Shown here: positions 16,801 through 33,200 of the stretch, in pieces
Layout: the number at the start of each line of letters is the position of its first letter
Numbering within the stretch: position 1 is the first letter of the stretch
Assembly: GCF_009914755.1 (NCBI RefSeq)
Contig: NC_060927.1
Direction: 5' to 3' (one strand)
Origin: the human T2T-CHM13v2.0 reference genome, Homo sapiens
DNA: 64,000 bases
Notes under the pieces: generated by a model
What the model was told of the DNA's origin: nothing
Databases searched by the model: none
The model's input: the letters and a program-made list of their open reading frames with translations, nothing else
Translations under genes and position numbers: made by a program

Positions 16801-19800
16801 AAATATGAAAGTACATCAAATATAGATTATATACTGTACATTAAATACCAAAGTACCCCAAATATATATTTTATACTGTACATGAAATATCAAAGTTCAC
16901 AAACTATATATTATATACTGTACATAAAATATCAAAGTACCCAAGGTATATATTCTATACTGTACAAAAGATATCAACGTACCCAAAGCATGTATTATAT
17001 ACTGTACATAAAATATGAAAGTACATCAAATATATATTTTATTCTGTACATAAAATATCAAAGTACACCAGATATATATTCTATAGTGTACATAAAATAA
17101 CAAATTACACAAACTATACATTATATACTGTACATAAAATATGAAATTACATCAAATATATATTATGTACATAAAATATGAAAGTACATCAAATATAGAT
17201 TATATACTGAACATATAATATCAATGTACCCCAAATATATATTTTATACTCTATATGAAATATCAAAGTTCAGAAACCATACATTATATACTGTACATAA
17301 AATATCAAAGTACCCAAGGTATATATTCTATACTGTACAAAAAATATCAAAGTACCCAAAGCATGTATTATATACTGTACATAAAATACGAAAGTACATC
17401 AAATATATATTTTATTCTGTACATAAAATATCAAAGTACACCAGATATATATTCTATAGTGTACATAAAATATCAAAGTACCCAAACTATACATTATATA
17501 CTGTACATAAAATATGAAATTACATCAAATATATATTAGGTACATATAATATGAAAGTACATAAAATATAGATTATATACTGTACATAAAATATCAAAGT
17601 ACCCCAAATATATATTATATACTCTACATGAAATATCAAATTTCACAAACTATATGTTATATACTGTACATAAAATATCAAAGTACCCAAGGTATATATT
17701 CTATACTGTAAAAAAAATATCAGAGTACCCAAAGCATGTATTTTATACTGTATATAAAATATGAAAGTACATTAAAGATATATTTTATTCTGTACATAAA
17801 ATATCAAAGTACACCAGATATATATTCTATAGTGTACATAAAATAACAATGTACACAAACTATAAATTATATACTGTACATAAAATATGAAATTACATCA
17901 AATATATATTAGGTACATAAAATATGAAAGTACATCAAATATAGATTATATACTGTACATGTAATATCAATGTACCCCAAATATATATTTTATACTCTAC
18001 ATGAAATATCAAAGTTCACAAACCATACATTATATACTGTACATAAAATATCAAAGTACCCAAGGTATATATTCTATACTGTACAAATAATATCAAAGTA
18101 CCCAAAGCATGTATTATATACTGTACATAAAATATGAAAGTACATCAAATATATATTTTATTCAGTACATAAAATATCAAAGTACACCAGATATATATTC
18201 TATAGTGTACATAAAATATCAAAGTACCCAAACTATACATTATATACTGTACATAAAATATGAAATTACATCAAATATATATTAGGTACATAAAATATGA
18301 AAGTACATCAAATATAGATTATGTACTGTACATAAAATATCAAAGTACCCCAAATATATATTATATACTCTACATGAAATATCAAAGTTCACAAACTATA
18401 TATTATATACTGTACATTAAATATCAAAGTACCCAAGGTATATATTCTATACTGTACAAAAAATATCAAAGTACCCAAAGGATGTATTATATACTGTACA
18501 TAAAATATAAAAGTACATCAAATATATATTTTATTCTGTACATAAAATATCAAAGTACACCAGATATATATTCTATAGTGTACATAAAATAACAAAGTAC
18601 ACAAACTATACATTATATACTGTCCATAAAATATGAAATTACATCAAATATATATTAGGTACATAAAATATGAAAGTACATCAAATATAGATTATATACT
18701 GTACATAAAATATCAATGTACCCCAAATATATATTTTATACTCTACATGAAATATCAAAGTTCACAAACCATATATTATATACTGTACATAAAATATCAA
18801 AGTACCCAAGGTATATATTCTATACTATACAAAAAATATCAAAGTACCCAAAGCATGTGTTATTTACTGTACATAAAATATGAAAGTACATCAAATATAT
18901 ATTTTATTCTGTACATAAAATATCAAAGTACACCAGATATATATTCTATAGTGTACATAAAATATCAAAATACCCAAACTATACATTATATACTGTACAT
19001 AAAATATGAGATTACATCAAATATATATTATATTAGGTACATAAAATATGAAAGTACATCAAATATAGATTATATACTGTGCATAAAATATCAAAGTACC
19101 CCAAATATATATTATATACTCTACATGAAATATCAAAGTTCACAAACTATATATTATATACTGTACATAAAATATCAAAGTACCCAAGGTATATATTCTA
19201 TACTGTACAAAAAATATCAAAGTACCCAAAGCATGTATTATATACTGTATATAAAATAAGACAGTACATTAAATATATATTTTATTCTGTACATAATATA
19301 TCAAACTACACCAGATATATATTCTATAGTGTACATAAAATAACAAAGTACAAAAACTATAAATTATATACTGTACATAAAATATGAAATTACATCAAAT
19401 ATATATTAGGTACATAAAATATGAAAGTACATCAAATATAGATTATATACTGAACATATAATATCAATGTACCCCAAATATATATTTTATACTCTACATG
19501 AAATATCAAAGTTCAGAAACCATACATTATATACTGTACATAAAATATCAAAGTACCCAAGGTATATATTCTATAATGTACAAAAAATATCAAAGTACCC
19601 AAAGCATGTATTATATACTGTACATAAAATATGAAAATACATCAAATATATATTTTATTCTGTACATAAAATATCAAAGTACACCAGATATATATTCTAT
19701 AGTGTACATAAAATATCAAAGTACCCAAACTATACATTATATACTGTACATAAAATATGAAATTACATCAAATATATATTAGGTACATAAAATATGAAAG

Positions 19801-20530
19801 TACATCAAATATAGATTATATACTGTACATAAAATATCAAAGTACCCCAAATATATATTATATACTCTACATGAAATATCAAATTTCACAAACTATATAT
19901 TATATACTGTACATAAAATATCAAAGTACCCAAGGTATATATTCTATACTGTACAAAAAATATCAGAGTACCCAAAGCATGTATTATATACTGTATATAA
20001 AATATGAAAGTACATTAAAGATATATTTTATTCTGTACATAAAATATCAAAGTACACCAGATATATATTCTATAGTGTACATAAAATAACAAAGTACACA
20101 AACTATAAATTATATACTGTACATAAAATATGAAATTACATCAAATATATATTAGGTACATAAAATATGAAAGTACATCAAGTATAGATTATATACTGTA
20201 CATAAAATATCAATGTACCCCAAATATATATTTTATACTCTACATGAAATATCAAAGTTCACAAACCATATATTATATACTGTACATAAAGTATCAAAGT
20301 ACCCAAGGTATATATTCTATACTATACAAAAAATATCAAAGTACCCAAAGCATGTATTATATACTGTACATAAAATATGAAAGTACATCAAATATATATT
20401 TTATTCTGTACATAAAATATCAAAGTACACTAGATATATATTCTATAGTGTACATAAAATATCAAAATACCCAAACTATACATTATATACTGTATATAAA
20501 ATACGAGATTACATCAAATATATATTATAT
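13050..20530 (+). repeat. 3740-bp tandem duplication (10 units) nested in the 7109-bp super-repeat
   Basis: Matching ORFs at offset 3740: 13484/17224, 14520/18260, 14893/18633, 15339/19079, 15758/19498, 16017/19757, 16390/20130. 8x373 + 2x378 = 3740. Shared private variants include tgtccata (14881/18621) and taagacag (15517/19257). Confidence 0.92.
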
Positions 20531-23500
20531 TAGGTACATAAAATATGAAAGTACATCAAATATAGATTATATACTGTACATAAAATATCAAAGTACCCCG
20601 AATATATATTATATACTCTACATGAAATATCAAAGTTCACAAACTATATATTATATACTGTACATAAAATATCAAAGTACCCAAGGTATATATTCTATAC
20701 TGTACAAAAGATATCAAAGTACCCAAAGCATGTATTATATACTGTATATAAAATATGAAAGTACATTAAATATATATTTTATTCTGTACATAAAATATCA
20801 AAGTACACCAGATATATATTCTATAGTGTACATAAAATAACAAAGTACACAAACTATAAATTATATACTGTACATAAAATATGAAATTACATCAAATATA
20901 TATTAGGTACATAAAATATGAAAGTACATCAAATATAGATTATATACTGAACATATAATATCAATGTACCCCAAATATATATTTGATACTCTACATGAAA
21001 TATCAAAGTTCAGAAACCATACATTATATACTGTACATAAAATATCAAAGTACCCAAGGTATATATTCTATACTGTACAAAAAATATCAAAGTACCCAAA
21101 GCATGTATTATATACTGTACATAATATATGAAAGTACATCAAATATATATTTTATTCTGTACATAAAATATCAAAGTACACCAGATATATATTCTATAGT
21201 GTACATAAAATATCAAAGAACCCAAACTGTACATTATATACTGTACATAAAATATGAAATTACATCAAATATATATTAGGTACATAAAATATGAAAGTAC
21301 ATCAAATATAGATTATATACTGTACATATAATATCAATGTACCCCAAATATATATTTTATACTCTACATGAAATATCAAAGTTCACAAACGATACATTAT
21401 ATACTGTACATAAAATATCAAAGTACCCAAGGTATATATTCTATACTGTACAAAAAATATCAAAGTACCCAAAGCATGTATTTTATACTGTACATAAAAT
21501 ATGAAAGTACATCAAATATATATTTTATTCTGTACATAAAATATCAAAGTACACCAGATATATATTGTATAGTGTACATAAAACATCAAAGTACCCAAAC
21601 TATACATTATATACTGTACATAAAATATGAAATTACATCAAATATATATTAGGTACATAAAAAATGAAAGTACATCAAATATAGATTATATACTGTACAT
21701 AAAATATCAAAGTACACCAGATATATATTCTATAGTGTACATAAAATATCAAAGTACCCAAACTATACATTATATACTGTACATAAAATATGAAATTACA
21801 TCAAATATATATTATATTATGTACATAAAATATGAAAGTACATCAAATATAGATTATATACTGTACATAAAATATCAAAGTACCCCAAATATATATTATA
21901 TACTCTACATGAAATATCAAAGTTCACAAACTATATATTATATACTGTACATAAAATATCAAAGTACCCAAGGTATATATTCTATACTGTACAAAAAATA
22001 TCAAAGTATCCAAAGCATGCATTATATACTGTATATAAAATATGAAAGTACATTAAATATATATTTTATTCTGTACATAAAATATCAAAGTACACCAGAT
22101 ATATATTCTATAGTGTACATAAAATAACAAAGTACAAAAACTATTAATTATATACTGTACATAAAATATGAAATTACATCAAATATATATTAGGTACATA
22201 AAATATGAAAGTACATCAAATATAGATTATATACTGTACATATAATATCAATGTACCCCAAATATATATTTTATACTCTACATGAAATATCAAAGTTCAC
22301 AAACCATACATTATATACTGTACATAAAATATCAAAGTACCCAAGGTATATATTCTATACTGTACAAAAAATATCAAAGTACCCAAAGCATGTATTATAT
22401 ACTGTACATAAAATATGAAAGTACATCAAATATATATTTTATTCTGTACAAAAAATATCAAAGTACACCAGATATATATTCTATAGTGTACATAAAATAT
22501 CAAAGTACCCAAACTATACATTATATACTGTACATAAAATATGAAATTACATCAAATATATATTAGGTACATAAAATATGAAAGTACATCAAATATAGAT
22601 TATATACTGTACATAAAATATCAATGTACCCCAAATATATATTTTATACTCTACATGAAATATCAAAGTTCACAAACCATATATTATATAATGTACATAA
22701 AATATCAAAGTACGCAAGGTATATATTCTATACTGTACAAAAAATATCAAATTACCGAAAGCATTTATTATATACTGTACATAAAATATAAAAGTACATC
22801 AAATATATATTTTATTCTGTACATAAAATATCAAAGTACACCAGATATATATTCTATAGTGTACATAAAATATCAAAGTACCCAAACTATACATTATACA
22901 CTGTACATAAAATATGAAATTACATCAAATATATATTATATTAGGTACATAAAATATGAAAGTACATCAAATACAGATTATATACTGTACATAAAATACC
23001 AAAGTACACCAAATATATATTTTATACTGTACATGAAATATCAAAGTTCACACACTCTATATTATATACTGTACCTAAAATATCAAAATACCCAAGGTAT
23101 ATAATCTATACTTTACAAAAAATATCAAAGTACCCAAAGCATGTATTATATACTCTACATAAAATATGAAAGTACATCAAATATATATTTTATTCTGTAC
23201 ATAAAATATCAAAGTACGCCAGATATATATTCTATAGTGTACATAAAATATCAAATTACCCAAACTATACATTATATACTGTACATAAAATATGAAATTA
23301 CATCAAATATATATTATATTAAGTACATAAAATATGAAAGTACATCAAATATAGATTATATACTGTACATAAAATATCATAGTACCCCAAATATATATTA
23401 TATACTCTACATGAAATATCAAAGTTCACAAAATATATATTATATACTGTACATAAAATATCAAAGTACCCAAGGTATATATTCTAGACTGTACAAAAAA

Positions 23501-26500
23501 TATCAAAGTACCGAAGCATGTATTATATACTGTACATAAAATATGAAAGTACATCAAATATATATTTTATTCTGTACATAAAATATCAAAGTACACCAGA
23601 TATATATTCTATAGTGTACATAAAATAACAAAGTACACAAACTATAAATTATATACTGTACATAAAATATGAAATTACATCAAATATATATTAGGTACAT
23701 AAAATATGAAAGTACATCAAATATAGATTATATACTGTACATAAAATATCAATGTTCCCCAAATATATATTTTATACTCTACATAAAATATCAAAGTTCT
23801 CAAACCATATATTATATAATGTACATAAAATATCAAAGTACCCAAGGTAAATATTCTATACTGTACAAAAAATATCAAAGTACCCAAAGCATTTATTATA
23901 TACTGTACATAAAATATGAAAGTACATCAAATATATATTTTATTCTGTACATAAAATATCAAAGTACACCAGATATATATTCTATAGTGTACATAAAATA
24001 TCAAAGGACCCAAACTATACATTATACACTGTACATAAAATATGAAATTACATCAAATATATATTATATTAGGTACATAAAATATGAAAGTACATCAAAT
24101 ATAGATTATATACTGTACATAAAATACCAAAGTACCCCAAATATATATTTTATACTGTACTTGAAATATCAAAGTTCACACACTATATATTTTATACTGT
24201 ACATAAAATATCAAAGTACCCAAGGTATATATTCTATACTGTACAAAAAATATCAAAGTACCCAGAGCATGTATTATATATTTTACATAAAATATGAAAG
24301 TACATCAAATATATATTTTATTCTGTACATAAAATATCAAAGTACACCAGATATATATTCTATAGTGTACATAAAATATCAAAGTACCCAAACTATACAT
24401 TATATACTGTACATAAAATATGAAATTACATCAAATATATATTATATTAGGTACATAAAATATGAAAGTACATCAAATATAGATTATATACTGTACATAA
24501 AATATCAAATTACCCCTAATATATATTATATACTCTACATGAAATATCAAAGTTCACAAACTATATATTATATGCTGTACATAAAATATCAAAGTACCCA
24601 AGGCATATATTCTATACTGTACAAAAAATATCAAAGTATCCAAAGCATGCATTATATACTGTATATAAAATATGAAAGTACATTAAATATATATTTTATT
24701 CTGTACATAAAATATCAAAGTACACCAGATATATATTCTATAGTGTACATAAAATAACAAAGTATGCAAACTATAAATTATATACTGTACATAAAATATG
24801 AAATTACATCAAATATATATTAGGTACATAAAATATGAAAGTACATCAAATATAGATTATATACTGTACAAATAATATCAATGTACCCCAAATATATATT
24901 TTATACTCTACATGAAATATCAAAGTTCACAAACCATACATTATATACTGTACATAAAATATCAAAGTACCCAAGGTATATATTCTATACTGTACAAAAA
25001 ATATCAAAGTACCCAAAGCATGTATTATATACTGTACATAAAATATGAAAGTACATCAAATATATATTTTATTCTGTACATAAAATATCAAAGTACACCA
25101 GATATATATTCTATAGTGTACATAAAATATCAAAGTACCCAAACTATACATTATATACTGTACATAAAATATGAAATTACATCAAATATATATTAGGTAC
25201 CTAAAATATGAAAGTACATCAAATATAGATTATATACTGTACATAAAGTATCAATGTACCCCAAATATATATTTTATACTCTACATGAAATATCAAAGTT
25301 CACAAACCATATATTATATAATGTACATAAAATATCAAAGTACCCAAGGTATATATTCTATACTTTACAAAAAATATCAAATTACCCAAAGCATGTATTA
25401 TATACTGTACATAAAATATGAAAGTACATCAAATATATATTTTATTCTGTACATAATATATCAAAGTACACCAGATATATATTCTATAGTGTACATAAAA
25501 TATCAAAGTACCCAAACTATACATTATACACTGTACATAAAATATGAAATTACATCAAATATATATTATATTAGGTACATAAAATATGAAAGTACATCAA
25601 ATATAGATTATATACTGTACGTAAAATACCAAAGTACCCCAAATATATATTTTATACTGTACATCAAATATCAAAGTTCAGAAACTATATATTATATACT
25701 GTACATAAAATATCAAAGTACCCATGGTATATATTCTATACTGTAAAAAAATATCAAAGTACTCAAAGCATGTATTATATACTGTACATAAAATATGAAA
25801 GTACATCAAATATATATTTTATTCTGTACATAAAATATCAAAGTACAGCAGATATATATTCTATAGTGTACATAAAATATCAAAATACCCAAACTATACA
25901 TTATATACTGTATATAAAATATGAAATTACATCAAATATATATTATATTAAGTACATAAAATATGAAAGTACATCAAATATAGATTATATACTGTACATA
26001 AAATATCAAAGTACCCCAAATATATATTATATACTCTACATGAAATATCAAAGTTCACAAACTATATATTATATACTGTACATAAAATATCAAAGTACCC
26101 AAGGTATATATTCTATACTGTACAAAAAATATCAAAGTATCCAAAGCATGTATTATATACTGTATATAAAATATGAAAGTACATTAAATATATATTTTAT
26201 TCTGTACAGAAAATATCAAAGTACACCAGATATATATTCTATAGTGTACATAAAATAACAAAGTACGCAAACTATAAATTATATACTGTACATAAAATAT
26301 GAAATTACATCAAATATATATTAGGTACATAAAATATGAAAGTACATCAAATATAGATTATATACTGTATAAATAATATCAATGTACCCCAAATATATAT
26401 TTTATACTCTACATGAAATATCAAATTTCACAAACCATACATTATATACTGTACATAAAATATCAAAGTACCCAAGGTATATATTCTATACTGTACAAAA

Positions 26501-28440
26501 AATATCAAAGTACCCAAAGCATGTATTATATACTGTACATAAAATATGAAAGTACATCAAATATATATTTTATTCTGTACATAAAATATCAAAGTACACC
26601 AGATGTATATTCTATAGTGTACATAAAATATCAAAGTACCCAAACTATACATTATATACTGTACATAAAATATGAAATTACATCAAATATATACTAGGTA
26701 CATAAAATATGAAAGTACATCAAATATAGATTATATACTGTACATAAAATATCAATGTACCCCAAATATATATTTTATACTCTACATGAAATATCAAAGT
26801 TCACAAACCATATATTTTATAATGTACATAAAATATCAAAGTACCCAAGGTATATATTCTATACTTTACAAAAAATATCAAATTACCCAAAGCATGTATT
26901 ATATACTGTAAATAAAATATGAAAGTACATCAAATATATATTTTATTCTGTACATAAAATATCAAAGTACACCAGATATATATTCTATAGTGTACATAAA
27001 ATATCAAAGTACCCAAACTATACATTATACACTGTACATAAAATATGAAATTACATCAAATATATATTATATTAGGTACATAAAATATGAAAGTACATCA
27101 AATATAGATTATATACTGTACATTAAATACCAAAGTACCCCAAATATATATTTTATACTGTACATGAAATATCAAAGTTCACACACTATATATTATATAC
27201 TGTACATAAAATATCAAAGTACCCAAGGTATATATTCTATACTGTACAAAAAATATCAAAGTACCCAAAGCATGTATTATATACTGTACATAAAATATGA
27301 AAGTACATCAAATATATATTTTATACTGTACATAAAATATCAAAGTACACCAGATATATATTCTATAGTGTACATAAAATATCAAAGTACCCAAACTATA
27401 CATTATATAATGTACATACAATATGAAATTACATCAAATATATATTATATTAGGTACATAAAATATGAAAGTACATCAAATATAGATTATATACTGTACA
27501 TAAAATATCAAAGTGCCCCAAATATATATTATATACTGTACATGAAATATCAAAGTTCACAAACTATACATTATATACTGTACATAAAATATCAAATTAC
27601 CCAAGGTATATATTGTATACTGTACAAAAAATATCAAAGTATCCAAAGCATGTATTATATACTGTATATAAAATATGAAAGTACATTAAATATATATTTT
27701 ATTCTGTACATAAAATATCAAAGTACACCACATATATATTCTATAGTGTACATAAAATATCAAAGTACCCAAACTATACATTATATACTGTACATAAAAT
27801 ATGAAATTACATCAAATTTATATTATATTAGGTACATAAAATATGAAAGTACATCAAATATAGATTATATACTGTACATAAAATATCAAAGTACCCCAAA
27901 TATATATTATATACTCTACATGAAATATCAAAGTTCACAAAGTATATATTATATACTGTACATAAAATATCATAGTACCCAAGGTATATATTCTATACTG
28001 TACAAAAAATATCAAAGTATCCAAAGCATGTATTATATACTGTATATAAAATATGAAAGTACATTAAATATATATTTTATTCCGTACATAAAATATCAAA
28101 GTACACCAGATATATATTCTATAGTGTACATAAAATAACAAAGTACACAAACTATAAATTATATACTGTACATAAAATATGAAATTACATCAAATATATA
28201 TTAGGTACATAAAATATTAAAGTACATCAAATATAGATTATATACTGTACATATAATATTAATGTACCACAAATATATATTTTATACTCTACATGAAATA
28301 TCAGTTCACAAACCATACATTATATACTGTACATAAAATATCAAAGTACCCAAGGTATATATTCTATACTGTACAAAAAATATCAAAGTACCCAAAGCAT
28401 GAATTATATACTGTACATAAAGTATGAAAGTACATCAAAT

Positions 28441-30270
28441 ATATATTTTAATTCTGTACATAAATTATCAAAGTACACCAAATATATATTCTATAGTGTA
28501 CATAAAATATCAAAATACCCAAACTATACATTATATACTGTACATAAAATATGAAATTACATCAAATATATATTATATTAGGTACATAAAATATGAAAGT
28601 ATATCAAATATTGATTATATGCTGTACAAAAAATATCAAAGTACCCCAAATATACATTATATACTGTACATGAAATATCAAAGTTCACAAACTATATATT
28701 ATATACTGTACATAAAATATCAAAGTACCCAAGGTATATATTCTACACTGTACAAAAAATATCAAAGTACGCAAAGCTTGTATTATGTACTGTACATAAA
28801 ATATGAAAGTACATCAAATATATATTTTATTCTGTACAAAAAATATCAAAGTACACCAAATATATATTCTATAGTGTACATAAAATATCAAAGTACCCAA
28901 ACTATACATTATATACTGTACATAAAATATGAAATTACATCAAATATATATTATATTAGGTACATAAAATATGAAAGTACATCAAATATAGATTATATAC
29001 TGTACATAAAATACCAAAGTACCCCAAACATATATTTTATACTGTACATGAAATATCAAAGTTCACAAACTATATAGTATATACTGTACATAAAATATCA
29101 AAGTACTCCAAATATATATTATATACTCTACATGAAATATCAAAGTTCACAAACTATATATTATATACTGTAGATAAAATATCAAAGTACCCAAGGTATA
29201 TATTCTATACGGTACAAAAAATATCAAAGTACCCAAAGCATGTATTATATACTGTACATAAAATATGAAAGTACATCAAATATAGATTATATACTGTACA
29301 TAAAATACCAAAGTACCCCAAATATATATTTTATACTGTACATGAAATATCAAAGTTCACAAACTATATAGTATATACTGTACATAAAATATCAAAGTAC
29401 CCAAGGTATATATTCTATATGGTACAAAAAATATCAAAGTACCCAAAGCATGTATTATATACTGTACATAAAATATGAAAGTACATCAAATATATATTTT
29501 ATTCTGTACATAATATATCAAAGTAAACCAAATATATATTCTATAGTGTACATAAAATATCAAAGTACCCAAACTATACATTATATACTGTACATAAAAT
29601 ATGAAATTACATCAAATATATATTATATTACGTACATAAAATATGAAAGTACATCAAATATAGATTATATACTGTACATAAAATACCAAAGTACCCCAAA
29701 TATATATTTTATACTGTACATGAAATATTAAAGTTCACAAACTATATAGTATATACTGTACATAAAATATGAATATACCCAAGTTATAGATTCTATACTG
29801 TACAAAAAATATAAAAGTACCCAAAGCATGTATTATATACTGCACATAAAATATGAAAGTACATCAAATATATATTTTATTCTGTACATAAGATATCAAA
29901 GTAAACCAAATATATATTCTATACTGTACATAAAATATCAAAGTACCCAAACCATACATTATGTACTGTACATAAAATATGAAATTACATAAAAATATAT
30001 TATATTAGGTACATAAAATATGAAAGTACATCAAATATAGATTATATACTGTACATAAAATATCAAAGTACCCCAAATATATATTATATACTGTACATGA
30101 AATATCAAAGTTCACAAACTATATATTATATACTGTACATAAAATATCAAAGTACTCAAGGTATATATTCTATACTCTACAAAAAATATCAAAGTACCCA
30201 AAGCATGTATTATATACTGTACATAAAATATGAAAGTACATCAAATATATATTTTATTCTGTACATAAAA
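28441..30270 (+). repeat. Subdomain X1: 378-bp-type units with caccaaata, agtaaacc, tatatagtat and gaatataccc variants
   Basis: No 5-bp deletion. Markers at ~28477, 29071, 29521, 29771 and 29901; the same markers recur at 43.3-47.7 kb. Confidence 0.7.
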
Positions 30271-33200
30271 TAACAAAGTACACCAGATATATATTTTATA
30301 GTGTACATAAAATATCAAAGTACCCAAACTATACATTACATACTGTACATAAAATATGAAAGAACATCAAATATATATTATATTAGGTACGTAAAATATG
30401 AAAGTACATCAAATATAGATTATATACCATACATAAAATATACAGGAACCCCAAATATATATGATATACTGTACAGGAAATATCAAAGTTCACAAACTAT
30501 ATATTATATACTGTAGATAAAATATCAAAGTACCCAAGGTATATATTCTATACTGTAAAAAAATATCAAAGTACCCAAAGCATGTATTATATACTGTACA
30601 TAAAATATGAAAGTACATCAAATATATATTTTATTCTGTACATAAAATAACAAAGTACACCAGATATATATTTTATAGTGTACATAAAATATGAAATTAC
30701 CCAAACTATACATTACATACTGTACATAAAATATGGAATTACATCAAATATATATTATATAAGGTACATAAAATATGAAAGTACATCAAATATAGATTAT
30801 ATACCATACATAAAATATAAAGGAACCCCAAATATATATGATATACTGTACATGAAATATCAAAGTTCACAAACTATATATTATATACTGTAGATAAAAT
30901 ATCAAAGTACCCAAGGTATATATTCTATACTGTACAAAAAATATCAAAGTACCCAAAGCATGTATTATATACTGTACATAAAATATGAAAGTACATCACA
31001 TATATATTTTATTCTGTACATAAAATAACAAAGTACACCAGATATATATTTTATAGTGTACATAAAATATCAAAGTACCCAAACTATACGTTACATACTG
31101 TACATAAAATATGGAATTACATCAAATATATATTATATTAGGTACGTAAAATATGAAAGTACATCAAATATAGATTATATACCATACATAAAATATAAAG
31201 GAACCCCAAATATATATGATATACTCTACATGAAATATCAAAGTTCACAAACTATATATTATATACTGTAGATAAAATATCAAAATACCCAAGGTATATA
31301 TTCTATACTGTACAAAAAATATCAAAGTACCCAAAGCATGTATTATATACTGTACATAAAATATGAAAGTACACCAAATATATATTATATTAGGTACATA
31401 AAACATGAAAGTACATCAAATATAGATTATATACCATACATAAAATATAAAGCAACCCCAAATATATATGATATACTGTACATGAAATATCAAAGTTCAC
31501 AAACTATATATTATATGCTGTAGATAAAATATCAAAGTACCCAAGGTATATATTCTATACTGTAAAAAAAATATCAAAGTACCCAAAGCATGTATTATAT
31601 ACTGTATATAAAATATGAAAGCACATCAAATATATATTATATTAGGTACATAAAATATGAAAGTACATAAAATATAGATGATATACTGTACATAAAATAT
31701 CAAAGTAGCCCAAATATATATTATACAGTGTACATGAAATATCAAAATTTACAAAATATATATTATATAATGTACATAAAATATCAAAGTACCCAAAGCA
31801 AGTATTATATACTGTACATAAAAGATGAAAGTACATCAAATATATATTTTATTCTGTACATAAAATATCAAAGTACACCAGATATATATTTTATAGTGTA
31901 CATAAAATATCAAGGTACCCAAACTATACATTATATACTGTACATAAAATATGAAATTACATCAAATATATATTATATTAGGTACGTAAAATATGAAAGT
32001 ACATCAAATATAGATTATATACAGTACATAATATATAAAAGAACCCCAACTATATATTATATACTGTACATGAAATATCAAAATACACAAACTATATATT
32101 ATATACTGTAGATAAAATATCAAAGTACCCAAGGTATATATTCTATACTGTACAAAAAATATCAAAGTACCCAAAGCATGTATTATATACTGTACATAAA
32201 ATATGAAAGTACATCAAATATATATTTTATTCTGTACATAAAATAACAAAGTACACCAGATATATATTTTATAGTGTACATAAAATATGAAATTACCCAA
32301 ACTATACATTACATACTGTACATAAAATATGGAATTACATCAAATATATATTATATTAGGCACGTAAAATATGAAAGTACATCAAATATAGATTATATAC
32401 CATACATAAAATATAAAGGAACCCCAAATATATATGATATACTGTACATGAAATATCAAAGTTCACAAACTATATATTATATACTGTAGATAAAATATCA
32501 AAGTACCCAAGGTATATATTCTATACTGTAAAAAAAATATCAAAGTACCCAAAGCATGTATTATATACTGTACATAAAATATGAAAGCACATCAAATATA
32601 TATTATATTAGGTACATAAAATATGAAAGTACATAAAATATAGATGATATACTGTACATAAAATATCAAAGTAGCCCAAATATATATTATACAGTGTACA
32701 TGAAATATCAAAATTTACAAAATATATTATATAATGTACATAAATTATCAAAGTACCCAAAGCAAGTATTATATACTGTACATAAAAGATGAAAGTACAT
32801 CAAATATATATTTTATTCTGTACATAAAATATCAAAGTACACCAGATATATATTTTATAGTGTACATAAAATATCAAGGAACCCAAACTATACATTATAT
32901 ACTGTACATAAAATATGGAATTACATCAAATATATATTATATTAGGTACGTAAAATATGAAAGTACATCAAATATAGATTATATACCATACATAAAATAT
33001 AAAGGAACCCCAAATATATATGATATACTGTACATGAAATATCAAAGTTCACAAACTATATATTATATACTGTAGATAAAATATCAAAGTACCCAAGGTA
33101 TATATTCTATACTGTACAAAAAATATCAAAGTACACAAAGCATGTATTATATACTGTACATAAAATATGAAAGTACATCAAATATATATTTTATTCTGTA

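Larger units (their letters stand above)
1..28440 (+). repeat. Subdomain W1: mixed 373/378-bp units (5-bp deletion in monomer H)
   Basis: Monomer H often reads caaatatatattaggtac instead of caaatatatattatattaggtac. ORF starts 1799 and 2172 are 373 apart. Other markers: ctctacatg, caatgtacccc, taacaaagtacacaaactataaatt, ttctatagtg. Confidence 0.9.
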
